A DNA stretch of 64,000 nucleotides from an uncultured Verrucomicrobiales bacterium (GCA_938091905.1 CALKOM010000023.1:32001-96000), one strand, 5' to 3'; positions 24,201-35,050 are shown, counted from the first letter of the stretch. Notes: a model not told the origin generated them from the sequence alone. Numbers and translations are program-made.

Positions 24201-25938
24201 CCCCATTGACATCAATGTGAGTAAAATTCCTGAGTTGACCATGGGAGCGTGGGTCAAAACGGAGAACCTAGATCCCGGACTGCGCAAGATCATGGGACAC
24301 GACAATGGCGGTTGGGATCGGACAATCGGATTGGATCATCGACTGGATGGCGGCGCGGTGGATCCAGAGAGTTTCCGATACACCTCTTTCATCGGAAATG
24401 GCCGTCCCGTGATTGATCTGCCCGCACCGGAAAATACGGTTGATTGGACGTTCATTGCCACCGTCTACAACCAGCCAAAGAACGAAGTCACCGTCTATGT
24501 CGATCTCAATGCCGACACGACTGAAGACGAACTCGTTTCCATGACGGAACCCACGGTCTTCAATGTTGGCCAGGATACGTTATCGATCGGTAGTCTCCGG
24601 CCGGACAACGACACCGAAGGCTGGGTCGGGTTGATTGATCGCGCCTTTATCTTCGAGACCGCACTCGATCCTGCAACGGTGAAAGAGCTTCGCAACGGCG
24701 GGATTCTGCCAGGATCTGAAGATCCCAATGTTCGTCTGCGGGGTGCCTTTGGCGACCTTGGAAGAAGCCCAGGTGTCGTCACGCGAGAGATCACGGTTGA
24801 GAACCGCGGTCGCGAGAACACCCTCACTCTAACAGGCTCCCGCATCACTGGACCAAATCTCGATAATTATGCACTCAGTGGAGAGTTACCCGCCAGTTTG
24901 GAGCCAGGAGAATCCGTGACGCTAATGGTGACCTTTGATCCTCAGGGACGATCGGGTGGCTTTGTCGCCTTCTTGGAAGTAGACACGAACGACGAGGGTG
25001 ATCCTATCGAAACACTAGACCTCTCCGCCTTGATTCCGAATTCCAATGCGTTGTTAGCGCACTATAAACTCGACGAAACAGAGGGAACAACGATGTTAGA
25101 CGCCTCGGGCAATGGCGTGCAAGGCGTCTTCCGAACAGCCAATGACGGTGAGGTTCTTTTGAATGAAGCGGCCCTAGCATCGGGCACGGCAGTGAGCCTG
25201 AACAGCGCAGAAGGCGCTGGGGCAGGCTTTGGGGAGATTCCCACCAGTGCGGGATTGCCTGCGCTTGAAGCCTTTAGCATTTCCATGTGGGTGAATCAGT
25301 CCGCCGAAGCGGCCACGACGTCGGTCCTCGTAGCCAAGGGATCTGAGAGCATCGGCTCCCCCTTTGCCGTGGCAGTCTCCGGGGGAAGCTTGGCTTGGTT
25401 CTCAAGTGGGGACCAAACCCTCACCACGGGTAGCGTCCTCACCCCTGGAGAACCTGCCCACGTGGTGGCCACTTACGCAGTCGTCGACGGCGATCCGACG
25501 GCAGCTTTCTTCGTTAATGGCGAGGAAGCTGGTCGAGACAATGCAGTGACTGCAATCGATGACTCCACACCTTCGGTGCTCCAAATCGGTGCTGCGAATG
25601 GAAGCTTCGGGTTCGATGGAATCATTGATGATGTCCAGATCTATGGAGAAGCGTTAGATCTTGAGAAGATCACGTTCCTCCTCAACAACCCAGGTGAGGT
25701 CATTCCTGGCGATGGTGGTGAGATGACTGGACGCCCTGCAGATCTCTTCGAGGTGGTTCGTGCAGCTGACGGTCTTCAGTTCGCCATCCCTGCGGGCGTC
25801 ACAGCCAACGTCGAATACTCGGAAGACCTCGTTACTTGGAACGTGATCGCATCTGGCGTGACTGAATCCTTCAGCGACACTGATGCTGACCGTGCAGGGC
25901 GGACAGCAGGTTACTACCGCGCCCGCGTTGCTCCCTAA
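21283..25938 (+). CDS. Secreted multi-LamG (concanavalin-like) / ASH-type Ig-like protein with N-terminal temptin-like CxxCH domain
   Basis: Signal peptide, CTACH, three similar LamG units (MGHDxGGWDRTIGLD..FRYTSFIG) plus a fourth LamG, interleaved with xxNxG...FDP...L.VESND Ig-like units. Start set at ATG 21283. Confidence 0.8.
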   Translation: MMKSQSTFHCFSVLFVLLVFGSSVQARNFRSRMSPNGTVFRCTACHVSPSGGGQRTTFGEAVNSLVSPNGREEFWTPAFAALDSDGDGATNGEEVGDPDGDGEASAGAEVTNPGDPDSTPSLATGATPIGFYSFDDAAAPMTDDSASGNDLVSATADPTYVDDGGVEGGAYDFDATHLEIPIDVNPGTIPELTMGAWVKTSDLSEGQRKIMGHDNGGWDRTIGLDARAAGDGFRYTSFIGNGRPAVGTPGPESEDDWTFIAAVYDHPNNRVTVYVDVDSSTTEDTLVGVTEPTGFGDGFPTMSLGSLRPDNTAEGWIGLIDNAFLFDAALDPGQIRRLRDGGKTAALGGLLPSDPRISLAGDEVFGNVGESPGRVEGMVAISNEGATMPLNLASVTLSGDQMSFYEVVSAPESIAAGATDNVVVAFDPGDVFGDFAASLVIESDDFGAPLTMIDLSARVTRPSMNDWLPPREDLIAYWTFDDAAAPLTDSSGQETMLANDVAEATYNGENGFQGGAFHFDGTERLIADLDVNPSELPQMSWGAWVKTDNVAPGLRKVMGHDDGGWDRTIGLDNRSGEFRYTSFIGTGRPVVDLPGPVNVDDWTFLAAVYDQDAEEVTVYVDLEARSTSDELVVVTEPAVFGAGQSQFSIGNIRPDNANEGWVGLIDNPFVYKSALTAREITSIRDMVGDAILGPDDPNILVSSQTIFGPLETRDPVTRPLTISNNGASNPLNVTNLTVTGEDASYFTPAATPGMIAPGVNAAVDITFDPGGEAGAFSAKLLVESNDAGQPVQTIDLSATTPSSESGDPLLNGPLISPFGTVGSGETSRMVTIENGGATQSLSVNRVTLIGSDASRFTLGDVPTSIAAGANANIPVTFDSEGEFGSFRASLLVVSNDATSRFAEIDISAVVPIQNPEDALIGYYSFDDPSTPFNDDSESGNTLESADVDPTYASETGFQETGAFQFDGTQRLIAPIDINVSKIPELTMGAWVKTENLDPGLRKIMGHDNGGWDRTIGLDHRLDGGAVDPESFRYTSFIGNGRPVIDLPAPENTVDWTFIATVYNQPKNEVTVYVDLNADTTEDELVSMTEPTVFNVGQDTLSIGSLRPDNDTEGWVGLIDRAFIFETALDPATVKELRNGGILPGSEDPNVRLRGAFGDLGRSPGVVTREITVENRGRENTLTLTGSRITGPNLDNYALSGELPASLEPGESVTLMVTFDPQGRSGGFVAFLEVDTNDEGDPIETLDLSALIPNSNALLAHYKLDETEGTTMLDASGNGVQGVFRTANDGEVLLNEAALASGTAVSLNSAEGAGAGFGEIPTSAGLPALEAFSISMWVNQSAEAATTSVLVAKGSESIGSPFAVAVSGGSLAWFSSGDQTLTTGSVLTPGEPAHVVATYAVVDGDPTAAFFVNGEEAGRDNAVTAIDDSTPSVLQIGAANGSFGFDGIIDDVQIYGEALDLEKITFLLNNPGEVIPGDGGEMTGRPADLFEVVRAADGLQFAIPAGVTANVEYSEDLVTWNVIASGVTESFSDTDADRAGRTAGYYRARVAP

Positions 25939-25948
25939 CAAATAGGAT

Positions 25949-26476
25949 CTAGTGAACCATAATCCATCGGGTAAGCCGCTGCCGTAAGGTCTCACGAAAT
26001 TTCGAATCCTCGCTCAAATCGATGAGTTCCTCAATTGCTTCCCTCTCAACAAGCTTTAGATGCAATGCTTCTCTAACATACAGCCGATCCTTGTCCCGCC
26101 CTGCGGCGAGTTTCGCTAGCATGACATCTGGAACTGAGAGACAGAGGCCTCGATTTCCAAGCGTACCTTCCGTTTTGACGGGGACCAGTCGCCCTTGCCA
26201 ACCATCCGCTAGGGTGAGGGTTTCTAAATCGATGCCATGAGCATAGTAACCAAACGTTTCGTGGAACATCGACAGTTCACCGATCGATCCATCAATGAGT
26301 TCCGCATGGCTTGGATCTTTCAGACTGAGCATATCCGCTTCCATCGATTGGAGGAGGATCCGCGAATCTGGCACGTCTCCGGCCAATATAGCCTGACTGC
26401 CCGCAACGAGGATTTCCCTCTCGTCGATGATCGTACAGGCTGCGCGAATCAGGTGTTCGAGTTGGGCTCGTTGCAT
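25949..26476 (-). CDS. DUF6036-like nucleotidyltransferase (putative toxin)
   Basis: LEHLIRAA...VAGSQAIL...SMEAD (GS..ExD NTase motif), IDGSIGELSMFHETFGYYA, KLAAGRDKD. Confidence 0.72.
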   Translation of the reverse strand: MQRAQLEHLIRAACTIIDEREILVAGSQAILAGDVPDSRILLQSMEADMLSLKDPSHAELIDGSIGELSMFHETFGYYAHGIDLETLTLADGWQGRLVPVKTEGTLGNRGLCLSVPDVMLAKLAAGRDKDRLYVREALHLKLVEREAIEELIDLSEDSKFRETLRQRLTRWIMVH

Positions 26477-26805
26477 GGTGAGAAAGCGCGTTTAAAGGCC
26501 CAGACTTCTTTGTTAGAGAGAACGCCGACGAAAGGCGAGTTCTGGCGAAGCTGTTGTCCGCGGTCGTCTTCGGCACAGAGTGCATCGATGACCGCGTCTA
26601 CACCCTCGTCGATCAGTGAAAGCCATTCCTTCCAGGATTGGATTCCGGGAGCCTTGGGACCATTCCGAGTTTCCCACCGCCGCAAGCGTTCGCGAGCCTC
26701 CTCCAAAAACGCGGGACGGTTCCGTAAACGCAAAGCAATCTCCCGCGCCATGGCAAGTGAGCGCGCATCAATGTGCGCGTGTGCGTGGGGCCAACGGGTG
26801 CTCAT
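26449..26805 (-). CDS. Small helical protein, putative antitoxin partner
   Basis: H..IDARSLAM...WKEW...LRQNSPFVGVL; overlaps the NTase gene by 28 nt. Confidence 0.65.
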   Translation of the reverse strand: MSTRWPHAHAHIDARSLAMAREIALRLRNRPAFLEEARERLRRWETRNGPKAPGIQSWKEWLSLIDEGVDAVIDALCAEDDRGQQLRQNSPFVGVLSNKEVWAFKRAFSPCNEPNSNT

Positions 26806-26898
26806 GACAACCTGAAGCTGTCCTCCGCCGGGTCTTCTGTCAATCTCATGGCAGCTCGACCTGTCTCACCTCCTGACTTATACTTTCTTTCACTGATC

Positions 26899-29800
26899 AT
26901 GCGCGCTCCTATTCTCATGCTATTCCTCTTCGCTACGTCGGCGATAGCGCAAGAGCCGGTCATCACGGAATTCATGGCGAGCAATCAAAACTCGATCGCC
27001 GATGGGCGTGGCGAGCATCCAGATTGGATTGAGATCCACAATCCTACGGGCAGCTCGGTGGAACTGCATGGCTACGTGTTGCGAGACGGGGACACGAATT
27101 GGCCTCTCTTACCGCGTAGTCTGGCTCCTGACGAGCGCATGGTGGTCTTTGCTTCGGGGTTAGGTGAAGTCGATCCCGATGGCTGGCCCCACGCCACCTT
27201 CACCTTGTCCAAGGAGGGGGAACCGTTAGAACTTTTGAACCCTGCAGGCGACATCGTGTCCAGCTTCGGCGACAGATTCCCTGCACAACGGACCGATATT
27301 TCTTATGGGCTTGATGACGCTGGTGACCTGGCCTTCTTCACCGAACCCACGCCGGGCGAACCTAACCAATCGGGGGTGCTCGGCTTTGTCTCAGACACGA
27401 AGTTCTCCGTCAATCGTGGGCACTACTCGGAAGCCTTCCAGCTAGAGATCACGACCGAAACGGAAGGCGTGACTATCAATTACACCACCAATGGAAGAGA
27501 CCCACGTCAGAATGGACTCTTCACACCGGTCAATGTTTATGACGGTCCGATCGCCATCGACAAGACGACAACCATTCGGGCGGTTGCTAGGAAAGCGGGC
27601 TTTGTCTCAACCAACGTGGACACGCAGACCTACATCTTCACCAAAGATGTGATCCGCCAATCGAATGAACCTGAGGGCTTTCCGAGTACATGGGGGGTAT
27701 TCACAGGGACGAACGGCAGTGCTCGAGGCCGACCAGTTCCCGCAGACTACGAGATGAATCCCAGCATCGTTGATGAAGATCCAGAGGCGATGGAAACGGC
27801 ACTCAAATCTCTTCCCACCCTCTCGATTGTCATGCATCCGAACGATCTCTTTGGCAAGAATGGCATCTTGGCCAATCCCTTTGGCGGTGTGGACGGAAGC
27901 GGGGTGCATACCATGGATCCCTTTGTCAAGGATCGGCAGGCCTCGGTCGAGTGGATCGGTCCTAACGGAGGCCCAGTAATGCAGATAGACTGTGGTATTC
28001 GATTGAGCGGCGGATGGAGTCGTCACTACATTGCCACGCCGAAGAAGTCGTTCTCGCTAGTCTTCAAAGAAGCTTTCGGCCCAAGCAAGCTCCGCTTTCC
28101 CATGTTTCAGGAGTCGCCCGTCGACGAATTTGATCGGGTGGTGCTCAAGGCGATCTTTAGCAATGCTTGGCCCGATGCTGCGCGGCCTCCTGATTATTTG
28201 AGAGATCATTTCACCCGGCAGACCCGGCTCGACATGGGTGAGCCCGCCTCCTATGGCACCTGGGTGCATCTCTATCTCAATGGCCTTTATTGGGGGCTCT
28301 ACAATCCTACCGAACGGCCTGATGCGTCCTATGCAGCGAGTCACTTTGGTGGAGAGAAAGACGAATATGATGCCGTCAAACACGCAGGCCTCGTTGGCCC
28401 AGGACAAGCGACCAATGATCGCCATGAGTTGATCGATGGTACAGAGGATAAGTGGCTCGAAGCCCTCACGCTTGCTCGATCAGGATTGGAGGGCGGGGAG
28501 AGCTATGAGGCTTTCAAAAAACTGGTCGATGTGCAGAACCTAGCTGACTACGCGATTCTTAACATATATGCGGCCAACGTCGACTGGCCACACAAGAACT
28601 GGTATGCGAACAGTAAACGCGAAGGGGGCGCGGGCTTTCAATTCTATTCCTGGGACTCAGAATATGCCTGGCACGATCTGGGTGCGAACCGTACGAATGT
28701 TAGCAATCGGAACACGCCAGCCGAACTCTACTCTCGTGTGAGACGGAACAAAGCATTTCAGCGTCTCTTCGGAGATCGTGTTCAGAAACACCTCTTCGGT
28801 GATGGGGCGCTGACCGAAGATGCTAATGTGGCTCGCTTTAATCGTCTTGCGACGGTCATCGAACCCGCGATTGCCGCTGAAGCGGCGCGGTGGGGAGATC
28901 ATTCTAACACGCGTCAGGGCAACACGAACTACACCAAAGCCCGTTGGGAAAGTGCAAAGAATGGGATCATCAATAACTTTCTGGCAAAGCGTCATGACAG
29001 CGCCTTGAAACAATTTGCCGATGCAGATCTCTACCCAGAACTGGTGGCACCCACCTTTGAGCCCCATGGTGGTGAGGTAGAGGTAGACCACAGCCTCGTT
29101 CTTCGATCAAAGGACGCCAAGAACCTGCTTCAGCCAAATGGAGGCGACATCGTGTTCACTCTAGATGGAACGGACCCGCGCATGCCGGATAACACAATGA
29201 ATCCAGATGCCATCACCTACACCCGTGGTTACCAGCTGACGGAATCCGTGATCATTAAGACGCGCCTCTTTAAAAGGAACCTGTTCACGGGCGGCAACTG
29301 GTCTGCACTCAGCGAGGCGCGATTCATCGTGGGAACCGTGGCTGCGAACAGGAGGAATGTGCTGATCTCGAAAGTTCACTATCGCCCGAGTGCACCTACA
29401 GCCGTGGAAATGAGTGGTGGTCACGACAGTCGTAGCGACTTCGAATACATCGAATTCATCAATCCATCGAGCGAAGCCATCCATCTGAGTGGTGTTCGAT
29501 TGACGCGAGGCGTTGACTATCAGTTTCCCTATGGTTACGAGATCGGCGCTGGTCAACGTCTCTTGGTCGTTGGCAATCTGGCAGCCTTTGAAAGCCGACA
29601 TGGCTCCGGCCTTCCCATCGCGGGCGAATATGAGGGCAAACTGAGTGATCGTGGCGAAACGATTCGCCTAACGGATCAGGAAGGGCAAGTGCTATGGGAG
29701 CTACCCTATGACGACGACGCTCCTTGGCCAGAAGAAGCAGATGGAGCAGGGGCCGCGTTGGTATTGAGGATGCCAATAGGTGAAGCGGATCCCGTCGATC

Positions 29801-30198
29801 CCGCTCAGTGGACGACCGCTGCAAGCGGAGGGCAGCCAGGACGCGATCTTGGGGAGGTTGGCGATCCTCTCGAAGAGTGGATGCAGGCCCGTAAGCTAAC
29901 AGAACTGCAGAGCGATGATTTGCTCACCTTTGCCTTGGCCAGAGATCTCCTCGGTCCCAATCGAGGGCTGGCGATTAAGTTCACAGCATCTACTGATATC
30001 GTGCTTTCCTATCGTCGTCGCTCGGAGGCTGGTCCAATTCGGTATGCTATAGAAGCCTCTCAAGATCTCACGAACTGGAAGCCTGTGAACCTGGCATCCA
30101 CGGAAACGAAAGGGACCAACAGAACGCTCGTGGTTAACGTCGCTGTCTCCCGTGATCTTGGAAACTACTTTCGGCTCGTGGTCGAGGTCCCTCAGTGA
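26899..30198 (+). CDS. Secreted CotH-kinase / lamin-tail-domain protein
   Basis: Start reassigned to MRAPILMLFLFATSAIAQ (signal peptide). LTD ITEFMASN..DWIEIHN; CotH motifs VHLYLNGLYWGLYNPTERPD, NVDWPHKNWY and WDSE; second LTD. Confidence 0.85.
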   Translation: MRAPILMLFLFATSAIAQEPVITEFMASNQNSIADGRGEHPDWIEIHNPTGSSVELHGYVLRDGDTNWPLLPRSLAPDERMVVFASGLGEVDPDGWPHATFTLSKEGEPLELLNPAGDIVSSFGDRFPAQRTDISYGLDDAGDLAFFTEPTPGEPNQSGVLGFVSDTKFSVNRGHYSEAFQLEITTETEGVTINYTTNGRDPRQNGLFTPVNVYDGPIAIDKTTTIRAVARKAGFVSTNVDTQTYIFTKDVIRQSNEPEGFPSTWGVFTGTNGSARGRPVPADYEMNPSIVDEDPEAMETALKSLPTLSIVMHPNDLFGKNGILANPFGGVDGSGVHTMDPFVKDRQASVEWIGPNGGPVMQIDCGIRLSGGWSRHYIATPKKSFSLVFKEAFGPSKLRFPMFQESPVDEFDRVVLKAIFSNAWPDAARPPDYLRDHFTRQTRLDMGEPASYGTWVHLYLNGLYWGLYNPTERPDASYAASHFGGEKDEYDAVKHAGLVGPGQATNDRHELIDGTEDKWLEALTLARSGLEGGESYEAFKKLVDVQNLADYAILNIYAANVDWPHKNWYANSKREGGAGFQFYSWDSEYAWHDLGANRTNVSNRNTPAELYSRVRRNKAFQRLFGDRVQKHLFGDGALTEDANVARFNRLATVIEPAIAAEAARWGDHSNTRQGNTNYTKARWESAKNGIINNFLAKRHDSALKQFADADLYPELVAPTFEPHGGEVEVDHSLVLRSKDAKNLLQPNGGDIVFTLDGTDPRMPDNTMNPDAITYTRGYQLTESVIIKTRLFKRNLFTGGNWSALSEARFIVGTVAANRRNVLISKVHYRPSAPTAVEMSGGHDSRSDFEYIEFINPSSEAIHLSGVRLTRGVDYQFPYGYEIGAGQRLLVVGNLAAFESRHGSGLPIAGEYEGKLSDRGETIRLTDQEGQVLWELPYDDDAPWPEEADGAGAALVLRMPIGEADPVDPAQWTTAASGGQPGRDLGEVGDPLEEWMQARKLTELQSDDLLTFALARDLLGPNRGLAIKFTASTDIVLSYRRRSEAGPIRYAIEASQDLTNWKPVNLASTETKGTNRTLVVNVAVSRDLGNYFRLVVEVPQ

Positions 30199-30211
30199 TA
30201 GGACGCTTGTC

Positions 30212-33200
30212 ATGCGACGTTTCTTAACCGCTTCTGTTGCGATCTTGATCCTCGTAGGGTCCAGGAACAGCTGGGCTCAGATTGAGAGCCTCCCAGCAGT
30301 ACCTGGGGTCGATCCTGAAGTGTATGTGCGTTCGCTTTCACCGATCTTGGAGAAAGTGGATCCTAGCAAAGACGCGGGTTGGGACACCGAAGTCTTTAGC
30401 GTGGAAGCCAAGGCTCAGCTGGATCTTCTCGCAGAAGGCATCGCTCGGGGTGCGGCCAATTCACCCGTCTTCACGGAAAACGTCACCACCAGCGAATGGC
30501 GACCCGCGAAACGCCAGACCGTGTTGGAAGGCATGCTCAAGGTGGAGCGAGGGATTCCGAGTACCGGAAAGAGTCTTTCGAGTGCTCTCCAATCGGTTAG
30601 GGCCGCGCCGGGGGAAATGCACGTGCAGTTCAAACCGTTTCATGTCGAGTCGGCGAAAGACACCGTTCTCGTCACGGCTTATTACCACGCTGAGACTGGG
30701 CTTGAGCCGGGTGGGAAGCTAGAGCAAAGTGCCACCTGGAAGATCTCTTTTACGAAAGAATCGCCTCCAAGAATTAGAAATGTTCTTGTGAGTGATTACG
30801 AAGAGATCGTGCCTAGGAACTCTCAACTTCTCTTCATAGACGAAACGGCGAAGCTACTTGGTGGAAATGATTCCTACCATCAGCAGTTATCTTTAGGCAT
30901 CGATCACTGGCGGAGCCGATTGCAAGGGGACTTCGGAGTGGATGTGAATGGCCTGCAAGGCATCGCCATTGGCGATGCGAACGGAGACGGTCGTGAGGAT
31001 CTCTATGTGTGCCAACAGGGAGGCTTACCGAACCGCTTGTACTTACGCCAGAAAGATGGCGGTCTAGCAGATCGCTCATCCTATTCGCGCACAGATTGGA
31101 TGGAACTGACGCGCGCGGCTCTCTTCATCGATCTCGACAATGATGGCGACCAAGACATGGCGTTAGCTCAAGGCTGGTATCTCATGCTACTGGAGAATGA
31201 TGGCCAAGCGCAATTCACCAAGCGAGTCGAACAGCGTGCGGAGGGGCAGCTTCATTCGCTGGCGGCTGCAGACTTCGACAATGATGGCGATTTAGACATC
31301 TACTTCTGTGGAAGAAACCCTTCGCGGGAGCAGTCCAGTGCGGAAGGAATTCTTGGGATGCCATTGCCCTATCATGACGCGAACAATGGTGGCCCCAACA
31401 TCCTGTTGCGAAATCAAGGCCAGTGGGCGTTTCAAGATGCCACGGCAGATACGGGTTTGGATGTGAACAACCGTCGCTACAGTTATGCTTGTTCCTGGGA
31501 AGACTACGACAATGACGGAGACCAAGATCTCTATGTCGCCAACGACTTCGGGCGAAACAACTTCTATCAGAACAACGGCGGAAAGTTTACGGACATCGCC
31601 GGAAACTTGGGCGTGGAAGACCTTTCAGCGGGGATGTCGATCACTTGGGGAGATCCCAATCGCGATGGCCGCATGGACCCGTACATCAGCAACATGTTCT
31701 CTTCCGCCGGTAACCGGATTGCTTATCAGCGTCAGTTCCGAAGCGGCGATACCAATCAGTTAGCCAGCTTCAAGCGGCATGCTCGTGGAAACACTCTGTT
31801 TCTCAATCATGGCGATGGCTTCGAAGACGCCAGTGTCGCGGCCAAGGTGACGATGGGACGCTGGGCGTGGGGGGCCAAGTTTGCCGACCTGAACAACGAC
31901 GGGTGGGAGGATCTCTACGTGGCGAACGGTTTCATCACGACAGAGGACACAGGCGACTTGTGAAGTTTCTACTGGCGACAGGTCGTGTCGCGTTCTCCCA
32001 TCGAAGCCGCTGCTCCCAGTGACGTGGTCGCAAACTACCGTCAGGGTTGGTCGGCATTGAGCGAACTCATCGGTCAGGGACGATCCTTTAGTGGTTATGA
32101 GAGGAACTGCACCTTCCTTAATATCAAAGGCAAACGCTTTGCCACTGCCTCCGCTGCTACTGGTCTAGACCTGATCGATGATAGCCGCGCAATCGCCACC
32201 TGTGATTGGGATGACGATGGCCACTTGGACCTGTGGGTGATGAACCGCACGGCACCCCGCGTACGCTTTCTTCGCAATCAGGGCGGACAATGGTTTTCGC
32301 TCGGCACTTCTCTTCAGTTAGAATTGCGTGGCACGACGTCGAACCGAGATGCTATCGGGGCGCGAGTTGTCGTGAAGCTGAAGGGCGATCCCAAACCCAT
32401 GGTCCGTACGGTGAGGGCGGGGGATGGTTTCCTTTCCCAGTCTAGCAAACGTCTCCATTTCGGATTCGATTCTACATCCGAACTTGAGCGCCTCACGGTT
32501 CATTGGCCCAGCGGCAAGGCCGAGGACTTCGATGTCTCTAAGATCGAGATTGGCGCAAAGTCGTACTTACCCCGCAGAGGAAGGGCGTCGCGAGCCGAAC
32601 GTGACGGAACCTTTCTCCTAACACAAGGTGGAGCGATCGACTGGCCCAATTGGACGGAACGTTTGCCTGAGAAAGCTCCGGCAGCCGCTGTCTCTAATCG
32701 AGAGGCAGCGACTCGCACCTGGATCATCGGACGCGTGCCAATGCCTGGAACTGAGAAAAATCTTGGGAAACCGACGCTACTTAACCTTTGGTCTAGCACG
32801 TGCAGCGACTGTGTTTCGGAGCTAACAGAATGGACAAAGGCAGAGAAACGCATCCGTACAGCGGGTTTGGATATCGTCGCTCTGTCTGTCGATCATCTCA
32901 GCGGAGATCCGGTCACCAGAGGCGAAGCCTTTCTCAAGAAGATCAATTTCCCCTTCAAGCATGACAAAGCCACACAGGCGCAGGTCAATGCAATGGAAGT
33001 CGTTCATCGCACCTTCGTGGAACGGCAACAGCCTCTCCCAGTGCCAACAAGTTTCCTCCTAGATGCACAGGGACGCGTGGCTGCTATTTACAAAGGACGT
33101 GTCACTGTGGAGACCTTGCTATCGGATGTCGCCTTGCTCAACGCTAGGCTTATCGTCCAGCGAGATTCCGCCGTCCCCTATCCCGGTCGGTGGTCTTCGA

Positions 33201-33805
33201 GACCCTTTTCGGCTAATCCAAACCGTGTCGCGGCGACCTTTGAGAAGGCGGGGCAAATCAACGAGGCTGCCGCCTACTTGGAGCAATTTCTTAGCGGTGC
33301 ACGGGATTACCTACAGGGTGAATTTGGCAGCACAGAGCAGCAACTGATCACCGTGATCACTGCTCACACCTTGTTAGGCGACTTCTTGCTCAAGCTACAG
33401 CGTTCTCCCAAGGCATCGCTCGTTTACGCCAACTTACTCAAGCTTGCGCCCAAGGATGGAGATCTTCACCAGTCGATTGGCGAACACCTCCTCCGCCAGA
33501 ATCTCGCCAAACCTGCCCTAGCCCACCTCAAGCTGGCCAACAGCTTGCTGCCTCAGAACGCGAACCTTGCGTTCAATACAGGCTTGGCCTCGCTGGGATC
33601 GGGGCAGGCGAAACAAGCGCTGTCATTCTTTCAGAACGCTCTTAAGTTGCAGCCGAACGATCCCGTCACGCTCTATCAGATGGCAGCTGCGTTAGAATTA
33701 CTTAACCGACGGGAGGAGGCGATTACGCACTGCCGTGCTGCGCTGAAAGCGCGACCTAACTGGGACCTCGCTGAGCAGAAACTCGCAACATTGTTACGGC
33801 CCTAG
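30212..33805 (+). CDS. FG-GAP/VCBS + ASPIC/UnbV (CRTAC1-like) + thioredoxin-like + TPR protein with in-frame TGA at 31961-31963 (candidate selenoprotein)
   Basis: Signal peptide; DxDNDGDxD repeats continue across ...TGDL*SFYWRQVVSRSP in one frame. Then NRDAIGARV...AGDGFLSQSS.RLHFG, NLWSSTCSDCVSEL and C-terminal TPRs. Confidence 0.75.
31975..31991 (+). promoter_or_regulatory. Candidate bacterial SECIS hairpin
   Basis: GCGACA-GGTCG-TGTCGC stem-loop starting 11 nt after the TGA, containing CAGGUC at its apex as in the E. coli fdhF SECIS. Confidence 0.6.
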
Positions 33806-33929
33806 GCTTCTACCTCGACGCCACCCCGCTGATTTAAGTAATCAATGCCCACCAACACGGTAATCTGCAAGAAATACTACGTTTTATCGAACTCCCACTC
33901 TATCTTCTCGGCCAGCGACGAGCTATTCA

Positions 33930-35050
33930 GCGTGTTTGTGAGAGTTCTTGGTCACTCGTGATCGGCGCGTTGCTCATTGCGACTGCGGTCATCGCACGGA
34001 ACTAAGACAACGCCGCGATCCTTCTCCGCCCCGGGCGCATCATCGCACCCTACGCTTTCTCGCTCGTCTCATCACTGTGGATCTACGGGTACGATACAGG
34101 GCCTATCGTTTGCATCAGGTTGAAGTGAAGGCTACCTACTGGCAGTAGTACCGTGCCTTCCTCGGTGCGTTCTGGATGACCGCACCGATTGCTTGGCTCT
34201 ACGCGCTTCCCTTGGAGCAATGGATGGATCCTGTCGCTGCCGCCCGGGGAAATGTCTGGCTGCTAGTAATCGTTTCTCTTCGGGGAGTGCTCCTGATCAG
34301 CCGCGTGGCTAGCGTCCTATCTGGAGCTTCTTTCTTTGCGACCGGTGTTTTTGTCACCGCCGCTGCCAGTTTCGAATTCATCGTGGCAGGCGTCGTCCAG
34401 CAGTTCACTAACTTTGAACGAGGCATCGCTTCCAGCATGGCTGGCACTCGGATCGAGCAGTCGCCAGCCGAGCGCGCTGCTGAAACTCTTATCGGCCAAC
34501 TAGCTATTCTTCCCTTTGGAATCGTGATTGTGTCATCGATCACCACTCTAGCACTCACCAAGTACCGGAAACGACCATTTCCCAAGGTCTCGTTTGGCCC
34601 GGTGCCGATCACCTAGCTCCTGTTTGGCATCGCCATCCCGATCATCGCGGGACGGCTCGCCAAACCCATGCAGCAAGCCGAAATCCATTGGAGCCGCTTG
34701 GAGTCACAACTCATGAAGAGCCAGTATGTCGCCGCGTTGGACTACTTCGAATCGGTCGGACCAGACGCCTTCCCCAAGGGCATGGCCATTCCCATCGGCC
34801 CTGATCAATATCAAGCTATCTGGCTTCTTCCCAAGCTTCTCCCTCACCTAAACGAGACACGCCCGGAATGGATGCGGACTCTCTACCCGAATCACACCAA
34901 AAACTTGGTCGGTATGCTCCATACCCTACGGTGGCGGAGGACCAGCGCTGCTCAAGAAACTCACCCAGGGGGTCTTGAAGCTCCCTGACAGGGAGGCCTT
35001 CATCAAAGAGTACCTAGAGACTTGGCTCAGTGCTCCCGGTGAACCGCTTA
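33930..35050 (+). pseudogene. Decayed multi-pass membrane protein
   Basis: Colinear hydrophobic fragments (SWSLVIGALLIATAVIARN*DN..., YWQ*YRAFLGAFWMTAPIAWLYALP..., PIT*LLFGIAIP...) broken by several stops and frameshifts. Boundaries approximate. Confidence 0.6.
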
